Source: Nannocystis bainbridge (lineage in GTDB: Bacteria > Myxococcota_A > Polyangia > Nannocystales > Nannocystaceae). From it: a stretch of DNA of 64,000 bases. The notes beneath the pieces are model-generated. The model worked only from the letters and a program-made list of their open reading frames with translations. It did not search any database and was not told the DNA's origin. Shown one piece after another: positions 39,608-49,773 of this stretch (the first letter of the stretch is position 1; every line of letters starts with the position of its first letter). The position numbers and the translations under genes are program-made. The DNA lies in NCBI RefSeq assembly GCF_028368995.1, contig NZ_JAQNDL010000005.1, positions 192,001 through 256,000 of the forward strand. The letters run 5' to 3'.

Positions 39608-42600
39608 GTGAACGTACAACCTTACGGCCGACCCGGAGATCGCCGCGTCTACCCTCGGGTGGCGTGCACGCTCGTGTGCACCGTCGCCAACGTCGGCAAC
39701 GGTCGCGTCCTCAACGTCTCCGACGGTGGGGCCTTCGTCGCCCTGCCCGACCAGCACGCGCACTTGCCGAGCCCGTTGCACCTGTCGGTGCCGCTGCTCG
39801 GCAGCGACCAGGTCGTCGACGTCGTAGCACGTGTCGTCCGCGTGGCCGCACTGTCGCCCCATGGCCTCGGGATCGGCCTGCAGTTCCAGGACCTCAGCGA
39901 GGGCGCGGCCGAGCAGATCCACCGGTACGTCCTCGGTCGTCTGCTCGCGGAGATCGCGGAGATCATGGAGGAGCAGCCGCGTCACATCGACCCGCGCAAC
40001 GTGCAGGTCGTGAGCGGCGTCGCCTCGGTCGCCGGCACCTTGCGCGACATGATCGCCGAGGGTCCCGTGCCCGGCATGTTGTTTCAGCGCGACGTCGGCG
40101 AGCTCGTCGACCTGCAGCTGTTCCAGGTCAGCAGCGCCGCGATCCTCGTCCAGCTGCGCGACCCCGCGGCGCGCCTGCCGGCCGTCGGCGATCACGTCCA
40201 CCTCACCTTGACGCGCGGCACATTCAACGCCCACGCGCACTCGCAGGTGCTCGACCGCAGCGGCGCCCGCGTCACGCTCGAGGTGCCGGCCAACCTCACC
40301 CGCTTCGAGCTGCGGCGCTCGCAGCGGCGCTCGCCCGGCCCGCAGGAGATGTTCGTCTCGATCCCGCTGCCGTATCCCCCGGGCAGGAAGCTGCGGCGCG
40401 AGGTGCTCGACATCTCCGCCACCGGCCTCGCCTTTCGCATGCGGCCCGACGAGGCGCTGCTGCTGCCCGGCACCCCGCTGCGCGAGGTCGTCGTCAGCGG
40501 CGCCAACGGCGACGGCGAGACCCGCAAGACCGGCCAGGTCATGCACGTCACCCCGGTCGAGGGCGACGCCGGCGCCATCGAGTTCCTGCGCATCGGCCTC
40601 GACTTCGGCATCGCCGACGAGGCCTTCACCAAGGGCGTGCGCCCGCGCGGCGCCGCCGAGAAGAAGTCGCTCGGCTTCGTCGAGAAGATGGGCCTCTTGA
40701 TCGGCCGGCTCATCCCGCGCAAGGCTCCGCCGCCGAGCGGGCCCGGGGCCAGCGGCGTCGAGGTCGTGCGCTACCCCAACCGCCGGCGCGAGGACATCGT
40801 CGCCATCCTCAACACCACCCCGCGCGGTGACGGGCGCAAGCTGCTCGCGCCGGTGATCATCATCCCGCCCGCCCACTCGAAGCGCAAGGAGTCGACCTCG
40901 GGCCTCGCGCTCACCCTGCTCGAGAACTTCGCCCGCCGCCGCCAGGACGTGGTCGTGCTGCGCTTCGACGGCGTGCGCAACCTCGGCGAGAGCTACAAGG
41001 ATCCCGACTGTCGCGAGCACGGGCGCGAGGCCATGCGCATGTCGCTGTCGCAGGCCGTCGACGACATCCAGGCCACCCTCGACTACGTCTACGACAACCC
41101 GATCTTCTCGCCGACCCAGGTCGTGCTGGTCTCGTTCAGCCTGCAGGGCGTCGTCGGTCGCCGCGCCGTGTGGAACGACCGGGGCAAGCGCATCCACTAC
41201 TGGCTCGGCATCAACGGCGCGCCTGCGGCTCAGGAGGTCATCCGCAACGCCTCCGGCGGCGTCGACTACGTGTCGCAGCACGCCAGCGGCAAGCTCAGCG
41301 GCGTCGCCAACATCCTCGGCGTCACCGGCGACATCGACCACTTCTGCGCCGACCTGTTGCGCGAGGGCCTCGCCTTCATGGCCGACGCCAAGCGCGAGAT
41401 CGCCGAGATCCCGGTCCCCGTGACCTGGTTGCTCGGGCGCTACGACGCGTGGATCGATCCTTCCACGATCCGGGAGTTCATGGCCGTCGACGCCCCCGGC
41501 GCGCGCGAGCTGGTCGAGCTCGACTGCGGTCACATGCCGCTGTCGAGCGTCGAGGCGCTGACCCTGTTCCACACCGCCGTGAAGCAGATCTGGCGGTTCC
41601 TGTTCCGCGAGGAGATCGACCCGATCACCCCCGACCCGCGCGAGCTGGTGCGCGCCCGCAACGCCGAGTGGCGGCGCGTGCCGAAGAGCCCGCTGCCCGA
41701 CCGGCGCCGCTACTGGCACGAGTACCTGCTCGGCGACAGCAGCTCCAAGCTCGCCTACGACGTCCTCAACGCCTGCGACGAGTACAACGAGTTCATCGAG
41801 CGCGAGCTCGAGCTGCTCGACGTGCGCGCCGACCACGTCGTCTGCGACCTCGGCTGCGGCACCGGCAACCTCTCCGCCCGGCTGCTGCGGCGTCGCGGGG
41901 CGCGCGGCCGGCCGCCGTGCGCGCGCTTGAACCTCGTCGATTTCGTGCCCGGCGCGCTCGACGAGGCCGAGCGCAAGCTCCGCGCCCTGGCCGAAGAGCG
42001 CGGGCTCGCGCTGCCCGAGGTCGCGCGGCACTGCGTCAACATCGACATCAGCCCGGTGCGGACGCTCCGGCGCTTCCTCGCCGGCGAGCTCTACGGCTAC
42101 GACGCGCTCCGGGGCATCATCAAGGGCCTCACGGGCTACTCGATCGACATGTGGAAGGCAGCGGAGGACTGGCGGCTGCACGACGTCTTGCGCGGGCGGG
42201 AGCTCGACAAGCAGGACCTCGCGTACCTCGCCGCCGCCTTGCCGGCCGACGAGCAGGACGTCGTCCTCGACTTCAACCGCATGACCCGCTGGCTGCGCGG
42301 CCGGCTCGGCCCGCAGGACCTGCTGCGCGACGCCCGGGCCCGGTTCGAGCGCGGCCAGGCCCCGGCGATCGACGAGCTGCAGCTCGCCCGCCTGTCCATT
42401 CGGCCAGGTGACCAGGTCGAGCGCCTGCCGTTCGCCGACGCCACCTTCGACCGCGTCGCCTGCAGCCTGGTGCTCAGCTACCTCAGCAATCCGATCGAGG
42501 TGCTGCGCGAGCTCCACCGCGTCGTCAAGCCGGGCGGGCGGATCGTCGTGTCGACGATGCAGCCCGACTTCGACATGAGCCGGATCTATCAAAACCTGCT

Positions 42601-42850
42601 GCACCGGCTGCAGAGCGACCCGAGCATGCCGCTGCCGCCGGGCGTCGACCGCGGGACCTTCCTGCGCGACGTGCGGGCCTTCCTCAGCAGCGCCGCCTTC
42701 CTCTCGATCCTCGCCGAGGAGGGCCAGTTCGCCTTCTTCTCGCGCGAGGAGCTGACCATGATGGTCGAGCGCGCCGGCTTCCGCCGCGTCGAGACCGTCA
42801 CCGCCTTCGGCGACCCGCCGCAGGCGATCATCGCCGTGGGCCATCGATGA
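39608..42850 (+). CDS. PilZ-PilZ + alpha/beta hydrolase + class I SAM methyltransferase fusion
   Basis: DRRVYPR...NVSDGG; RRSQRR...DISATG; RFDGVRNLGES...SFSL...CGH; DLGCGTG...LPFADATFD...VVKPGGR. Confidence 0.85.
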   Translation: MNVQPYGRPGDRRVYPRVACTLVCTVANVGNGRVLNVSDGGAFVALPDQHAHLPSPLHLSVPLLGSDQVVDVVARVVRVAALSPHGLGIGLQFQDLSEGAAEQIHRYVLGRLLAEIAEIMEEQPRHIDPRNVQVVSGVASVAGTLRDMIAEGPVPGMLFQRDVGELVDLQLFQVSSAAILVQLRDPAARLPAVGDHVHLTLTRGTFNAHAHSQVLDRSGARVTLEVPANLTRFELRRSQRRSPGPQEMFVSIPLPYPPGRKLRREVLDISATGLAFRMRPDEALLLPGTPLREVVVSGANGDGETRKTGQVMHVTPVEGDAGAIEFLRIGLDFGIADEAFTKGVRPRGAAEKKSLGFVEKMGLLIGRLIPRKAPPPSGPGASGVEVVRYPNRRREDIVAILNTTPRGDGRKLLAPVIIIPPAHSKRKESTSGLALTLLENFARRRQDVVVLRFDGVRNLGESYKDPDCREHGREAMRMSLSQAVDDIQATLDYVYDNPIFSPTQVVLVSFSLQGVVGRRAVWNDRGKRIHYWLGINGAPAAQEVIRNASGGVDYVSQHASGKLSGVANILGVTGDIDHFCADLLREGLAFMADAKREIAEIPVPVTWLLGRYDAWIDPSTIREFMAVDAPGARELVELDCGHMPLSSVEALTLFHTAVKQIWRFLFREEIDPITPDPRELVRARNAEWRRVPKSPLPDRRRYWHEYLLGDSSSKLAYDVLNACDEYNEFIERELELLDVRADHVVCDLGCGTGNLSARLLRRRGARGRPPCARLNLVDFVPGALDEAERKLRALAEERGLALPEVARHCVNIDISPVRTLRRFLAGELYGYDALRGIIKGLTGYSIDMWKAAEDWRLHDVLRGRELDKQDLAYLAAALPADEQDVVLDFNRMTRWLRGRLGPQDLLRDARARFERGQAPAIDELQLARLSIRPGDQVERLPFADATFDRVACSLVLSYLSNPIEVLRELHRVVKPGGRIVVSTMQPDFDMSRIYQNLLHRLQSDPSMPLPPGVDRGTFLRDVRAFLSSAAFLSILAEEGQFAFFSREELTMMVERAGFRRVETVTAFGDPPQAIIAVGHR

Positions 42851-45579
42851 ACTCGAGCGACCTCTCCACCGCCAGCGAGAGCGCCGCGTCGCGCGACGAC
42901 GGCTTCGCCGCGCGCTTGCGGGAGGACATCGCGGCCGGCTACCGCCGCGTCACCTACCTCGGCATCGCCTTGATGCTGGGCTTCGGCGTGCTCGACATCA
43001 TCAGCCTCGACGACCCGCGCCTGGTCGCCAAGTTCTTCGCCATGCGCTTGGCGCTCGCGCTGGTGATGATCGGCCTGCTCAACTTCAGCCAGCGGCCGCG
43101 GTTCCAGCGGTGGGTCGAGAGCGTGTGCGCCCTGGCGATGTACCTCATCGGCTCCTTCATGGGCCTGATGAGCGCGCTCAACCTCGGCCACCAGAGCCAC
43201 TACTACGCCGGCATCACCCTCACGCTGGTCGCCGTCGGCGTATTCGTCCCGATCGGCCCGCTGCACGTCCTCGTCACCTCCAGCGCCGTCTACGTAACCT
43301 TCGTCGGCCTGCTGATCGCGCTCGACCCGGTGCCGCTCGCGCGGTGGGACTGGTCGGTGTTCGCCGCCAACAGCATCTTCCTGATCTCGACCGCCACCAC
43401 CGTCACCGTCGGCGCCTACTTCAACCGCCGCCTGCGCCGGCGCCTGTTCGAGGCCGCGTTCGCCCAGCAGCAGACCAACGAGGAGCTGCGCAGCGTCTAC
43501 GAGCGCATCACCCACAGCTACCAGGAAGTCTCGGAGAAGAACCGCGAGATCGAGGAGGCCTACCGGGCCAAGAGTCAGTTCCTCGACAACATGTCGCACG
43601 AGCTGCGGACCCCGCTGACCTGCATCCTCACCCCGCTCGAGGGCCTGCTCGCCGGCAACGCCCGCGGCGAGGTCCGGCAGGTGTTCGAGGACATGCACAC
43701 GGCCACCCGGCAGCTCTACGACCTCATCAACGACCTGCTCGACTACTCCAAGTACGGCGCGCGCGACCAGCCGCTCGCGCGCGACCCGGTCGACGTGCGC
43801 GCGATCGTCGACGAGCAGGTCAAGGCGTTCGGCAGCACCGCGCGCCAGCGCAAGCTCGGCCTGCAGTGGGACCCGCCGCCCGAGCCGGTGGTCGTGCTGG
43901 GCAGCGCGCGCGAGCTCGGCAAGGTCGCGCGCAACCTGATCAGCAACGCCATCAAGTTCACCTCCGCGGGCGGCCGCGTCACCGTCGCCGTCGCCGTCGT
44001 CGGCGAGCGCGTGCGCCTGTCGGTCCGCGACACCGGCATCGGCATGAGCGAGGCCGTCCAGGCCAAGCTGTTCACCCCGTTCTTCCAGGGCGACGCCACC
44101 TCGACGCGCGCCTTCGAGGGCACCGGCATCGGCCTCGCGCTGGTCAAGACGATCGTCAATCGCCACGACGGCGAGGTCGTGGTCGACAGCAGCCCCGGGC
44201 GCGGCACCACCATGACCGTCGAGCTGCCGAGCCAGCCGCTCGACCCGACCGAGCTGGTCGGCATGGCCCCGGCGCAGCCGGCCCCCGGCGAGTCGATGCT
44301 CGCCATCCCTGTCCCCGAGGACATCCTCGGCACGCCGGCGATGAGCATGACCCGCATCGAGCGCCTGCCGGGGTTCGATCGCGTCGAGCTGCTCGACCCG
44401 GCCGCGCCGACCCCCGATTTGTCGTTCCCGGGCGCCGCCCCGCTGCTCGGCGAGCACCTCATGGCCGCCCAGGGCGAGCGCAGCCGGATCCTCGTCATCG
44501 ACGACCACCCCGAGATCGTCCGCGTCATCGAGCGCCTGCTCGCCCCGCAACACGACGTCTACACCGCCAGCAACGGCGAGGAGGGCCTGGAGAAGGTCCG
44601 CGAGGTCCGGCCCGCGCTCGTCATCTCCGACGTCATGATGCCCAAGCTCTCGGGCTTCCAGCTGGTCGAGCAGCTGCGCAAGGACCCCGAGTTCGAGCGC
44701 CTGCCCGTGTTGCTGCTGACCGCCCGCGCCGACGGCCGCGACCGCGTGCGCGGCCTCCGGCGCGGCGCCAGCGACTACCTCGTCAAGCCGTTCTTGCCCG
44801 AGGAGCTCAAGGCGCGGGTCGGCAACCTGCTGCGGGCCCAGCACTACGAGTCGTACCTGACCCGCCTCAACGAGGAGCTGGCGACCAAGAGCAGCTCGCT
44901 CGAGGGCCGCGTCCACGGCTTCTTCATCGACACCGTGCGCACTCTGGTCGCCGCCATCGACGCCAAGGACTTCTACACCGGCGGTCACTCCGAGCGCGTC
45001 AGCCACTTCGCCGTCCGCATCGCCGAGCACATGAAGGTCGCGCGGCCGCTGCTCCGCACCATCGAGCTCGGGGCCCTGCTGCACGACGTCGGCAAGATCG
45101 GCATCCCCGACAAGGTCCTCAACAAGCCCGGCGCCCTGACCCTCGAGGAGATCGAGGTCATTCGTCAGCACACCGTGCTCGGCGGCAAGATCCTCGAGAA
45201 GTCGCCCGAGCTGGCCGAGCTGCGGCGGTTCGCGCTCCACCACCACGAGCGCTGGGACGGCACCGGCTACCCTGACCGCCTGCGCGGCGACGACATCCCG
45301 CCGAGCGTGCGCGTCGTCAGCGTCGCCGACTGCTGGGACGCGATGGTGTCCGACCGCATCTACCGCAGCGGCATGGAGCCGCGGATCGCCGCCGAAAAGG
45401 TCAGCAAACTCGGCGGCACGCAGTTCGACCCGATGGTCGTCGAGGCCATGATGGAGATCTGGCCCGAGCTCGAGCTGCCGCCCAACCTGCGCCCGCTCAA
45501 GCCGCGCACCAGCCCGGCGGAGAATCGGCAGGGCCCGCGCGTCAGCGAGTGCGGCGAGGTCTACGAGGTCCACAACTGA
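42847..45579 (+). CDS. Multi-TM histidine kinase-REC-HD-GYP hybrid
   Basis: About 5 TM; MSHELRTPL, NAIKFT, DTGIG, GTGIGL; REC ISDVMMP; HSERV, LHDVGKIG, HHERWDGTGYP. Confidence 0.92.
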   Translation: MNSSDLSTASESAASRDDGFAARLREDIAAGYRRVTYLGIALMLGFGVLDIISLDDPRLVAKFFAMRLALALVMIGLLNFSQRPRFQRWVESVCALAMYLIGSFMGLMSALNLGHQSHYYAGITLTLVAVGVFVPIGPLHVLVTSSAVYVTFVGLLIALDPVPLARWDWSVFAANSIFLISTATTVTVGAYFNRRLRRRLFEAAFAQQQTNEELRSVYERITHSYQEVSEKNREIEEAYRAKSQFLDNMSHELRTPLTCILTPLEGLLAGNARGEVRQVFEDMHTATRQLYDLINDLLDYSKYGARDQPLARDPVDVRAIVDEQVKAFGSTARQRKLGLQWDPPPEPVVVLGSARELGKVARNLISNAIKFTSAGGRVTVAVAVVGERVRLSVRDTGIGMSEAVQAKLFTPFFQGDATSTRAFEGTGIGLALVKTIVNRHDGEVVVDSSPGRGTTMTVELPSQPLDPTELVGMAPAQPAPGESMLAIPVPEDILGTPAMSMTRIERLPGFDRVELLDPAAPTPDLSFPGAAPLLGEHLMAAQGERSRILVIDDHPEIVRVIERLLAPQHDVYTASNGEEGLEKVREVRPALVISDVMMPKLSGFQLVEQLRKDPEFERLPVLLLTARADGRDRVRGLRRGASDYLVKPFLPEELKARVGNLLRAQHYESYLTRLNEELATKSSSLEGRVHGFFIDTVRTLVAAIDAKDFYTGGHSERVSHFAVRIAEHMKVARPLLRTIELGALLHDVGKIGIPDKVLNKPGALTLEEIEVIRQHTVLGGKILEKSPELAELRRFALHHHERWDGTGYPDRLRGDDIPPSVRVVSVADCWDAMVSDRIYRSGMEPRIAAEKVSKLGGTQFDPMVVEAMMEIWPELELPPNLRPLKPRTSPAENRQGPRVSECGEVYEVHN

Positions 45580-45692
45580 AGCGTCGTCGCCGCCGGGGAT
45601 CGGGGACCGCATGCGTACGCGGCTGCGCAGGCTGCTGCGCGCGACCGGCCTCGTCGTGACAAACGGCTGCGGCCGGTTACAATCCCGGCCCT

Positions 45693-46349
45693 GTGACGAC
45701 CTCGATCGATCGGATGCGAGCCGCGTGGCGCTTCTTCCTCAACGGCTGGCGTGACTGGGACCAGACCGCCTCCTTCGTGCCCAGCTCGCGGTTCCTGGTC
45801 GACGCGCTCGTCGAGGGCGCCGAGCTCGGCCGGGCTCGCAGCGTGGTCGAGCTCGGCACCGGCACCGGCACCGTCACCGAGAAATTGCTCGAGGCCATGC
45901 GCCCGGACGCCCGGCTCTTTGGCTTCGAGATCGACGGTCCGCTGCTCGAGGCCACTGCCCGGCGCTTGCCCGATCCGCGGCTCGTCGCCATCCACGGCAG
46001 CGCCGCCGACATCGGCACGCACCTCGCCGCCGCGGGTCAAGACGGCCCGGTCGACGCCATCATCTCGTGCCTCGGCATGAGCCTGCTGCCGCCCGAGCTG
46101 CGCGACGCGATCCTCGACAGCGCCGCGCGGGTGCTCGCGCCCGGCGGCGTGTTCGTGCAGTACGGCTACCTGCACGCGCACGTGCTCGTCTACAGCACCA
46201 CGCGCGGCTTCTCGCAGTTCCACCTCGGCCGCACCCTCGGCCGCTACTTCGAGGAGCAGCGGCGCCAGATCGTCGTGCCCAACCTGCCGCCGGCCGAGGT
46301 GTTGGTGTGCCGCGGCTCGCTGCGGCGCGACATCTCCGCTGCCGCCTGA
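45693..46349 (+). CDS. Phospholipid N-methyltransferase-like (PmtA/OlsG family)
   Basis: ASFVPSSRFL, VVELGTGTG, FVQYGY, NLPPAEV. Confidence 0.85.
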   Translation: MTTSIDRMRAAWRFFLNGWRDWDQTASFVPSSRFLVDALVEGAELGRARSVVELGTGTGTVTEKLLEAMRPDARLFGFEIDGPLLEATARRLPDPRLVAIHGSAADIGTHLAAAGQDGPVDAIISCLGMSLLPPELRDAILDSAARVLAPGGVFVQYGYLHAHVLVYSTTRGFSQFHLGRTLGRYFEEQRRQIVVPNLPPAEVLVCRGSLRRDISAAA

Positions 46350-46538
46350 GGCACGGGCTCGCCCGCCCCGCGCGTCGCAGTTCTGTCGCCGTTTGTTTTA
46401 GTTCTGTCGCGGCCGGCAGGGGCTCCGCAGGGGCGAGTGCGCGAACCGTTGCGCACCTGCACAGAGCTTCAGGATCCGGCCCTGCACAGCGTCCACGAAC
46501 GTTGCACGGGGGTCGGCTTCGGTGTATCGCTGCGGCGC

Positions 46539-47351
46539 GTGCAGAGCCTCGATCATTACTACCAGTCGACGTACGACCGCGTCGCCGAGTTTTACGACGA
46601 CCTCTGGAGCCCCAACGTCAAGACGCCCAACGACCGGCTCACGCGCGACCTGCACCTCCGTCGCGGCGAGCGCCTGGTCGACCTCGCGTGTGGCAGCGGC
46701 GCCGCCACCCTGCCGATGATGCACCTCATCGCGCCCGGCGAGACCGTCGCCGTCGACCCCTCGGAGAACATGCTGGCCCTGGCCGTCCAGCGCGCCGAGC
46801 AAGAGGGCCTGCACCTCTTGCCCGTCAACTCCAAGGCCGAGGACTTCATCGCCGACGCCCCCGCGCACTCGTTCGACGTCGTGTCGATGCGGTTCGCGCT
46901 CGCCTACCTCGACTGGCCGCGCGTGCTGCCGGCGATGGGTCGCCTGGTCCGCCCCGGCGGCCGCGTCGGCATCCTGACCAGCCTCGCCACCAGCGCCCCG
47001 CAGGCGATGGCGACCTACCAGAAGTTCGCCGAGCACCTCGAGCTCGACACCGTCGCCGAGCCGCCGACGCCCCGCGAGATCGACCCCGTGCTCGAGCTGC
47101 TCGGCCGCGGCGGCCTCGTCATCGACACCTGCTGGCAGCACAACTTCCGCCTGTGGTTCAAGACCGGCGTCGACGCCACCCGCTGGCTGCTCGACACCGG
47201 CTACATCACCCACCCGGCCCTGTCGGCGCTCGAGGGCGAGATCCGCGACGCCATGATCGAGCTGTTCGGCTCGCACCTCGAAGAGGGCTTCCGCGAGGAG
47301 GAGGGCGTGCCGCTCGACTTCTTCTTCGCCGGCGTGATCGCCCGCCGCTGA
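46539..47351 (+). CDS. Class I SAM-dependent methyltransferase
   Basis: VDLACGSG, VDPSENML, LVRPGG. Confidence 0.85.
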   Translation: MQSLDHYYQSTYDRVAEFYDDLWSPNVKTPNDRLTRDLHLRRGERLVDLACGSGAATLPMMHLIAPGETVAVDPSENMLALAVQRAEQEGLHLLPVNSKAEDFIADAPAHSFDVVSMRFALAYLDWPRVLPAMGRLVRPGGRVGILTSLATSAPQAMATYQKFAEHLELDTVAEPPTPREIDPVLELLGRGGLVIDTCWQHNFRLWFKTGVDATRWLLDTGYITHPALSALEGEIRDAMIELFGSHLEEGFREEEGVPLDFFFAGVIARR

Positions 47352-47532
47352 CCTGTCCTCGCGGGCAGGTTCACGACCTGTCCCTTCGGCCAGGCTAACC
47401 GCGACGCCCGCCCCGCCCCGCTCCGCCCCGCCCGAGCCCGCCAGCCTCTCCACCGAGGCGCGCGGGCTCGCTCGCGCGATCGCTCCGCCGCCCGCTTCGC
47501 CTCGCCCGGCGCCTCGCGGTACCATCGCGCCC

Positions 47533-48300
47533 ATGGCCCTCTCCGCGCGCGCCCAGCAGGTCCTCGGCACCCTCGCCGTCGTCTTCGTCGGCGCGTTCCT
47601 GCTGCTCGCCGGCCTCGACCACACCGAGCTCCGCTGCGACCGCGCGCGCGGCAGCTGCACGTACACGGCCGGGCTCCTCGGCTTCGAGCGCACCAAGGAG
47701 ATCCCGCTCGCCGCGATCGCCGACCACCGGTTCGACACCCGCGAGGGCCGGGCCGGCACGCGCGGCGTCACCGTGCTGATCGACGCCAGCGGCCGCGAGC
47801 AAGGGCTCGGCCTCACCGACGAGGCCTCCGCCCGCGCCGACTACGACGCCCTGCACGCCTTCTTCCAGGGCCAGCGGGACGCCGTCGCCGTCGCCGTCGG
47901 CCCCGGCTGGTGGCTGGTCGGCTTCGGCGTGCTCTGCCTCGTCTTCGGCCCCTTCGTCGTGCGCGCCAGCGGGCCCACGCGCGCCCGCGCGCCCGTCGGC
48001 GAGCAGCCCCGACGCGGCGCCGGCCCGTGGCGCCTCGTGCTCGCCGTCGGGGTCCTCGCGCTGCTCGGGCTGGCGGCCTCGACCTTCATGGCCCGGACCC
48101 AGGGCACCCTCGCCCTGACCTGCACCCAGCGCTGCGACATCGGCGGCGGCAGCTGCATGCCCGGCGCGCAGTTGCAGCTCAACCTCGCGCCCGGCGAGTA
48201 CGAGGTGCGCGTCTTCAACCCCGACGATCCCGCGCAGCCGATCGTCCACCGCGTCGCCGTCGCGCGCGGCGAGGTCACCCACTTCGAGTGCGCGCGCTGA
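47533..48300 (+). CDS. Hypothetical membrane protein
   Basis: Three hydrophobic segments, Cys pairs. Confidence 0.7.
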   Translation: MALSARAQQVLGTLAVVFVGAFLLLAGLDHTELRCDRARGSCTYTAGLLGFERTKEIPLAAIADHRFDTREGRAGTRGVTVLIDASGREQGLGLTDEASARADYDALHAFFQGQRDAVAVAVGPGWWLVGFGVLCLVFGPFVVRASGPTRARAPVGEQPRRGAGPWRLVLAVGVLALLGLAASTFMARTQGTLALTCTQRCDIGGGSCMPGAQLQLNLAPGEYEVRVFNPDDPAQPIVHRVAVARGEVTHFECAR

Positions 48301-48373
48301 CGAGCGCCCGCGCGCGCCTGCGGCCCTCGCTGCGCCGCCGCCCCCGCGGCCGTTTCTGTGGAAGCATCACCGC

Positions 48374-48778
48374 ATGCCCGAGGACCGCGACGCGCCGACC
48401 ACCGCCCTCGAACTCGTCGGACAGCACCGCGTCGAGCTGCGCCGCGACCCCGCGCTCGACACCCTCGAGCTCATCGGTCGCGACGGCAAGGTCGTCCTCG
48501 CCATCGAGGTCCGCGAGACCGGCCCGGTGCTGCGCTTCGAGGGCGCCGGCCTCACCCTCAAGACCGCGGGCGAGCTGGTGCTCGACGCCAAGAAGCTGAC
48601 CCTTCGCTCCGAAGAGGCGCTGTCGCTGACGACCGGCGGTGACCTCGATCTCGTCGCCGCCGGCGACCTCCGCAGCACCGCCCGCGTGCAGACGATCACC
48701 GCCGAGCTCGGCGACGTCCGGCTCGAGGCCAACGACGACGTCCGGATCGACGGCGAGCGCGTGCTCGTCAACTGCTGA
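48374..48778 (+). CDS. Small beta-strand repeat protein (spike/gp5-C-terminal-like)
   Basis: About 8-residue beta repeats ending ANDDVRIDGERVLVNC; upstream of DUF2169. Confidence 0.6.
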   Translation: MPEDRDAPTTALELVGQHRVELRRDPALDTLELIGRDGKVVLAIEVRETGPVLRFEGAGLTLKTAGELVLDAKKLTLRSEEALSLTTGGDLDLVAAGDLRSTARVQTITAELGDVRLEANDDVRIDGERVLVNC

Positions 48779-48789
48779 AGGCGCGCGCC

Positions 48790-49749
48790 GTGAAGCTCGA
48801 CAACCGCTCGCCGTACCACGCCCACCTGTTCCGCGGCGGCATCGACGAGCGGCGGCTGTTCGGCTCGGTCGCCGTCCGCGTCACCTACGACATCGTCGGC
48901 GACCGCCTGCGCGTCGCGGACGACCAGGCGTGGCAGGTCTCACCTGCCCCTTGGGACAGCCCGCAGGGGCCGCTGCCCGGCGACGAGCTGTTCTACCGCG
49001 GCGGCGTCGACCTGCTCGTGTTCGGCTCGGCGCGCGCCGCCCGGCCCGTCCCGCGCATCGACGTCGACCTGCGGGTCGGCAGCGGCTTCCGCGGCCGCGT
49101 GGCCGTGTTCGGCGACCGCGTGTGGAAGCGAGGCCCGCGCGGCCTGGCCGCGAGCGCCCCGGTCCCGTTCCGCGCCATGCCGCTGACGCTCGACCGCAGC
49201 TTCGGCGGCAGCTTCGAGTGGGACGGCCTCGCCGCCGGTTTCCCCGACAACCCGGCCGGCCGCGGCTACTACCCCGACGAGCGGACCGCCGAGGGCCAGC
49301 CGCTGGCCAACATCGAGGACCCCGCGGCCCTGTGCGCGCGCTGGGACGACCGCCCCGAGCCGGTCGGCACCGGCTGCCCCGGCCAGGGCTTCGGCCCGCG
49401 GTTGCGCCGCAGCGTCGAGTTCGACCCAGACAGCGGCATGCTCGAGGTCCTGCGCCCGACCTTCTACAACGCCGCCTTCCCGCAGCTGATCGTCCCCGCC
49501 GCCCGGCCCGGCGATCGCGTCTCGATCACCGGCGTGCGCGAGGACGGCCCGCTCGTGTTCCACCTGCCCGACAACCTCCTGCGCGTGCGCCTCGCGTTCG
49601 GCGAAGAGACCGCCGAGAAGACCCCCGCGATCGACCAGATCGGCGTCGAGCCCGACCTGCTGCGCGTGTTCGTGTCCTACCGCTACCCGTTCCGCTACGT
49701 CCTGCACCCGCTGGAGAAGCGCGTCTGCGAGCTCGTCGCCCTGCGCTGA
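48790..49749 (+). CDS. DUF2169 family T6SS/eCIS adaptor
   Basis: DLLVFGSA, VFGDRVW, PFRAMPLTLDRSFGG, NPAGRGY, LANIEDP, FYNAA. Confidence 0.88.
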   Translation: MKLDNRSPYHAHLFRGGIDERRLFGSVAVRVTYDIVGDRLRVADDQAWQVSPAPWDSPQGPLPGDELFYRGGVDLLVFGSARAARPVPRIDVDLRVGSGFRGRVAVFGDRVWKRGPRGLAASAPVPFRAMPLTLDRSFGGSFEWDGLAAGFPDNPAGRGYYPDERTAEGQPLANIEDPAALCARWDDRPEPVGTGCPGQGFGPRLRRSVEFDPDSGMLEVLRPTFYNAAFPQLIVPAARPGDRVSITGVREDGPLVFHLPDNLLRVRLAFGEETAEKTPAIDQIGVEPDLLRVFVSYRYPFRYVLHPLEKRVCELVALR

Positions 49750-49773
49750 AGGACATGTTCGAAAGGACATCTC

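Noticed and set aside
38600-45612. Long minus-strand ORFs (1414 aa, 1007 aa)
   Set aside because: Antisense shadows of well-supported plus-strand genes
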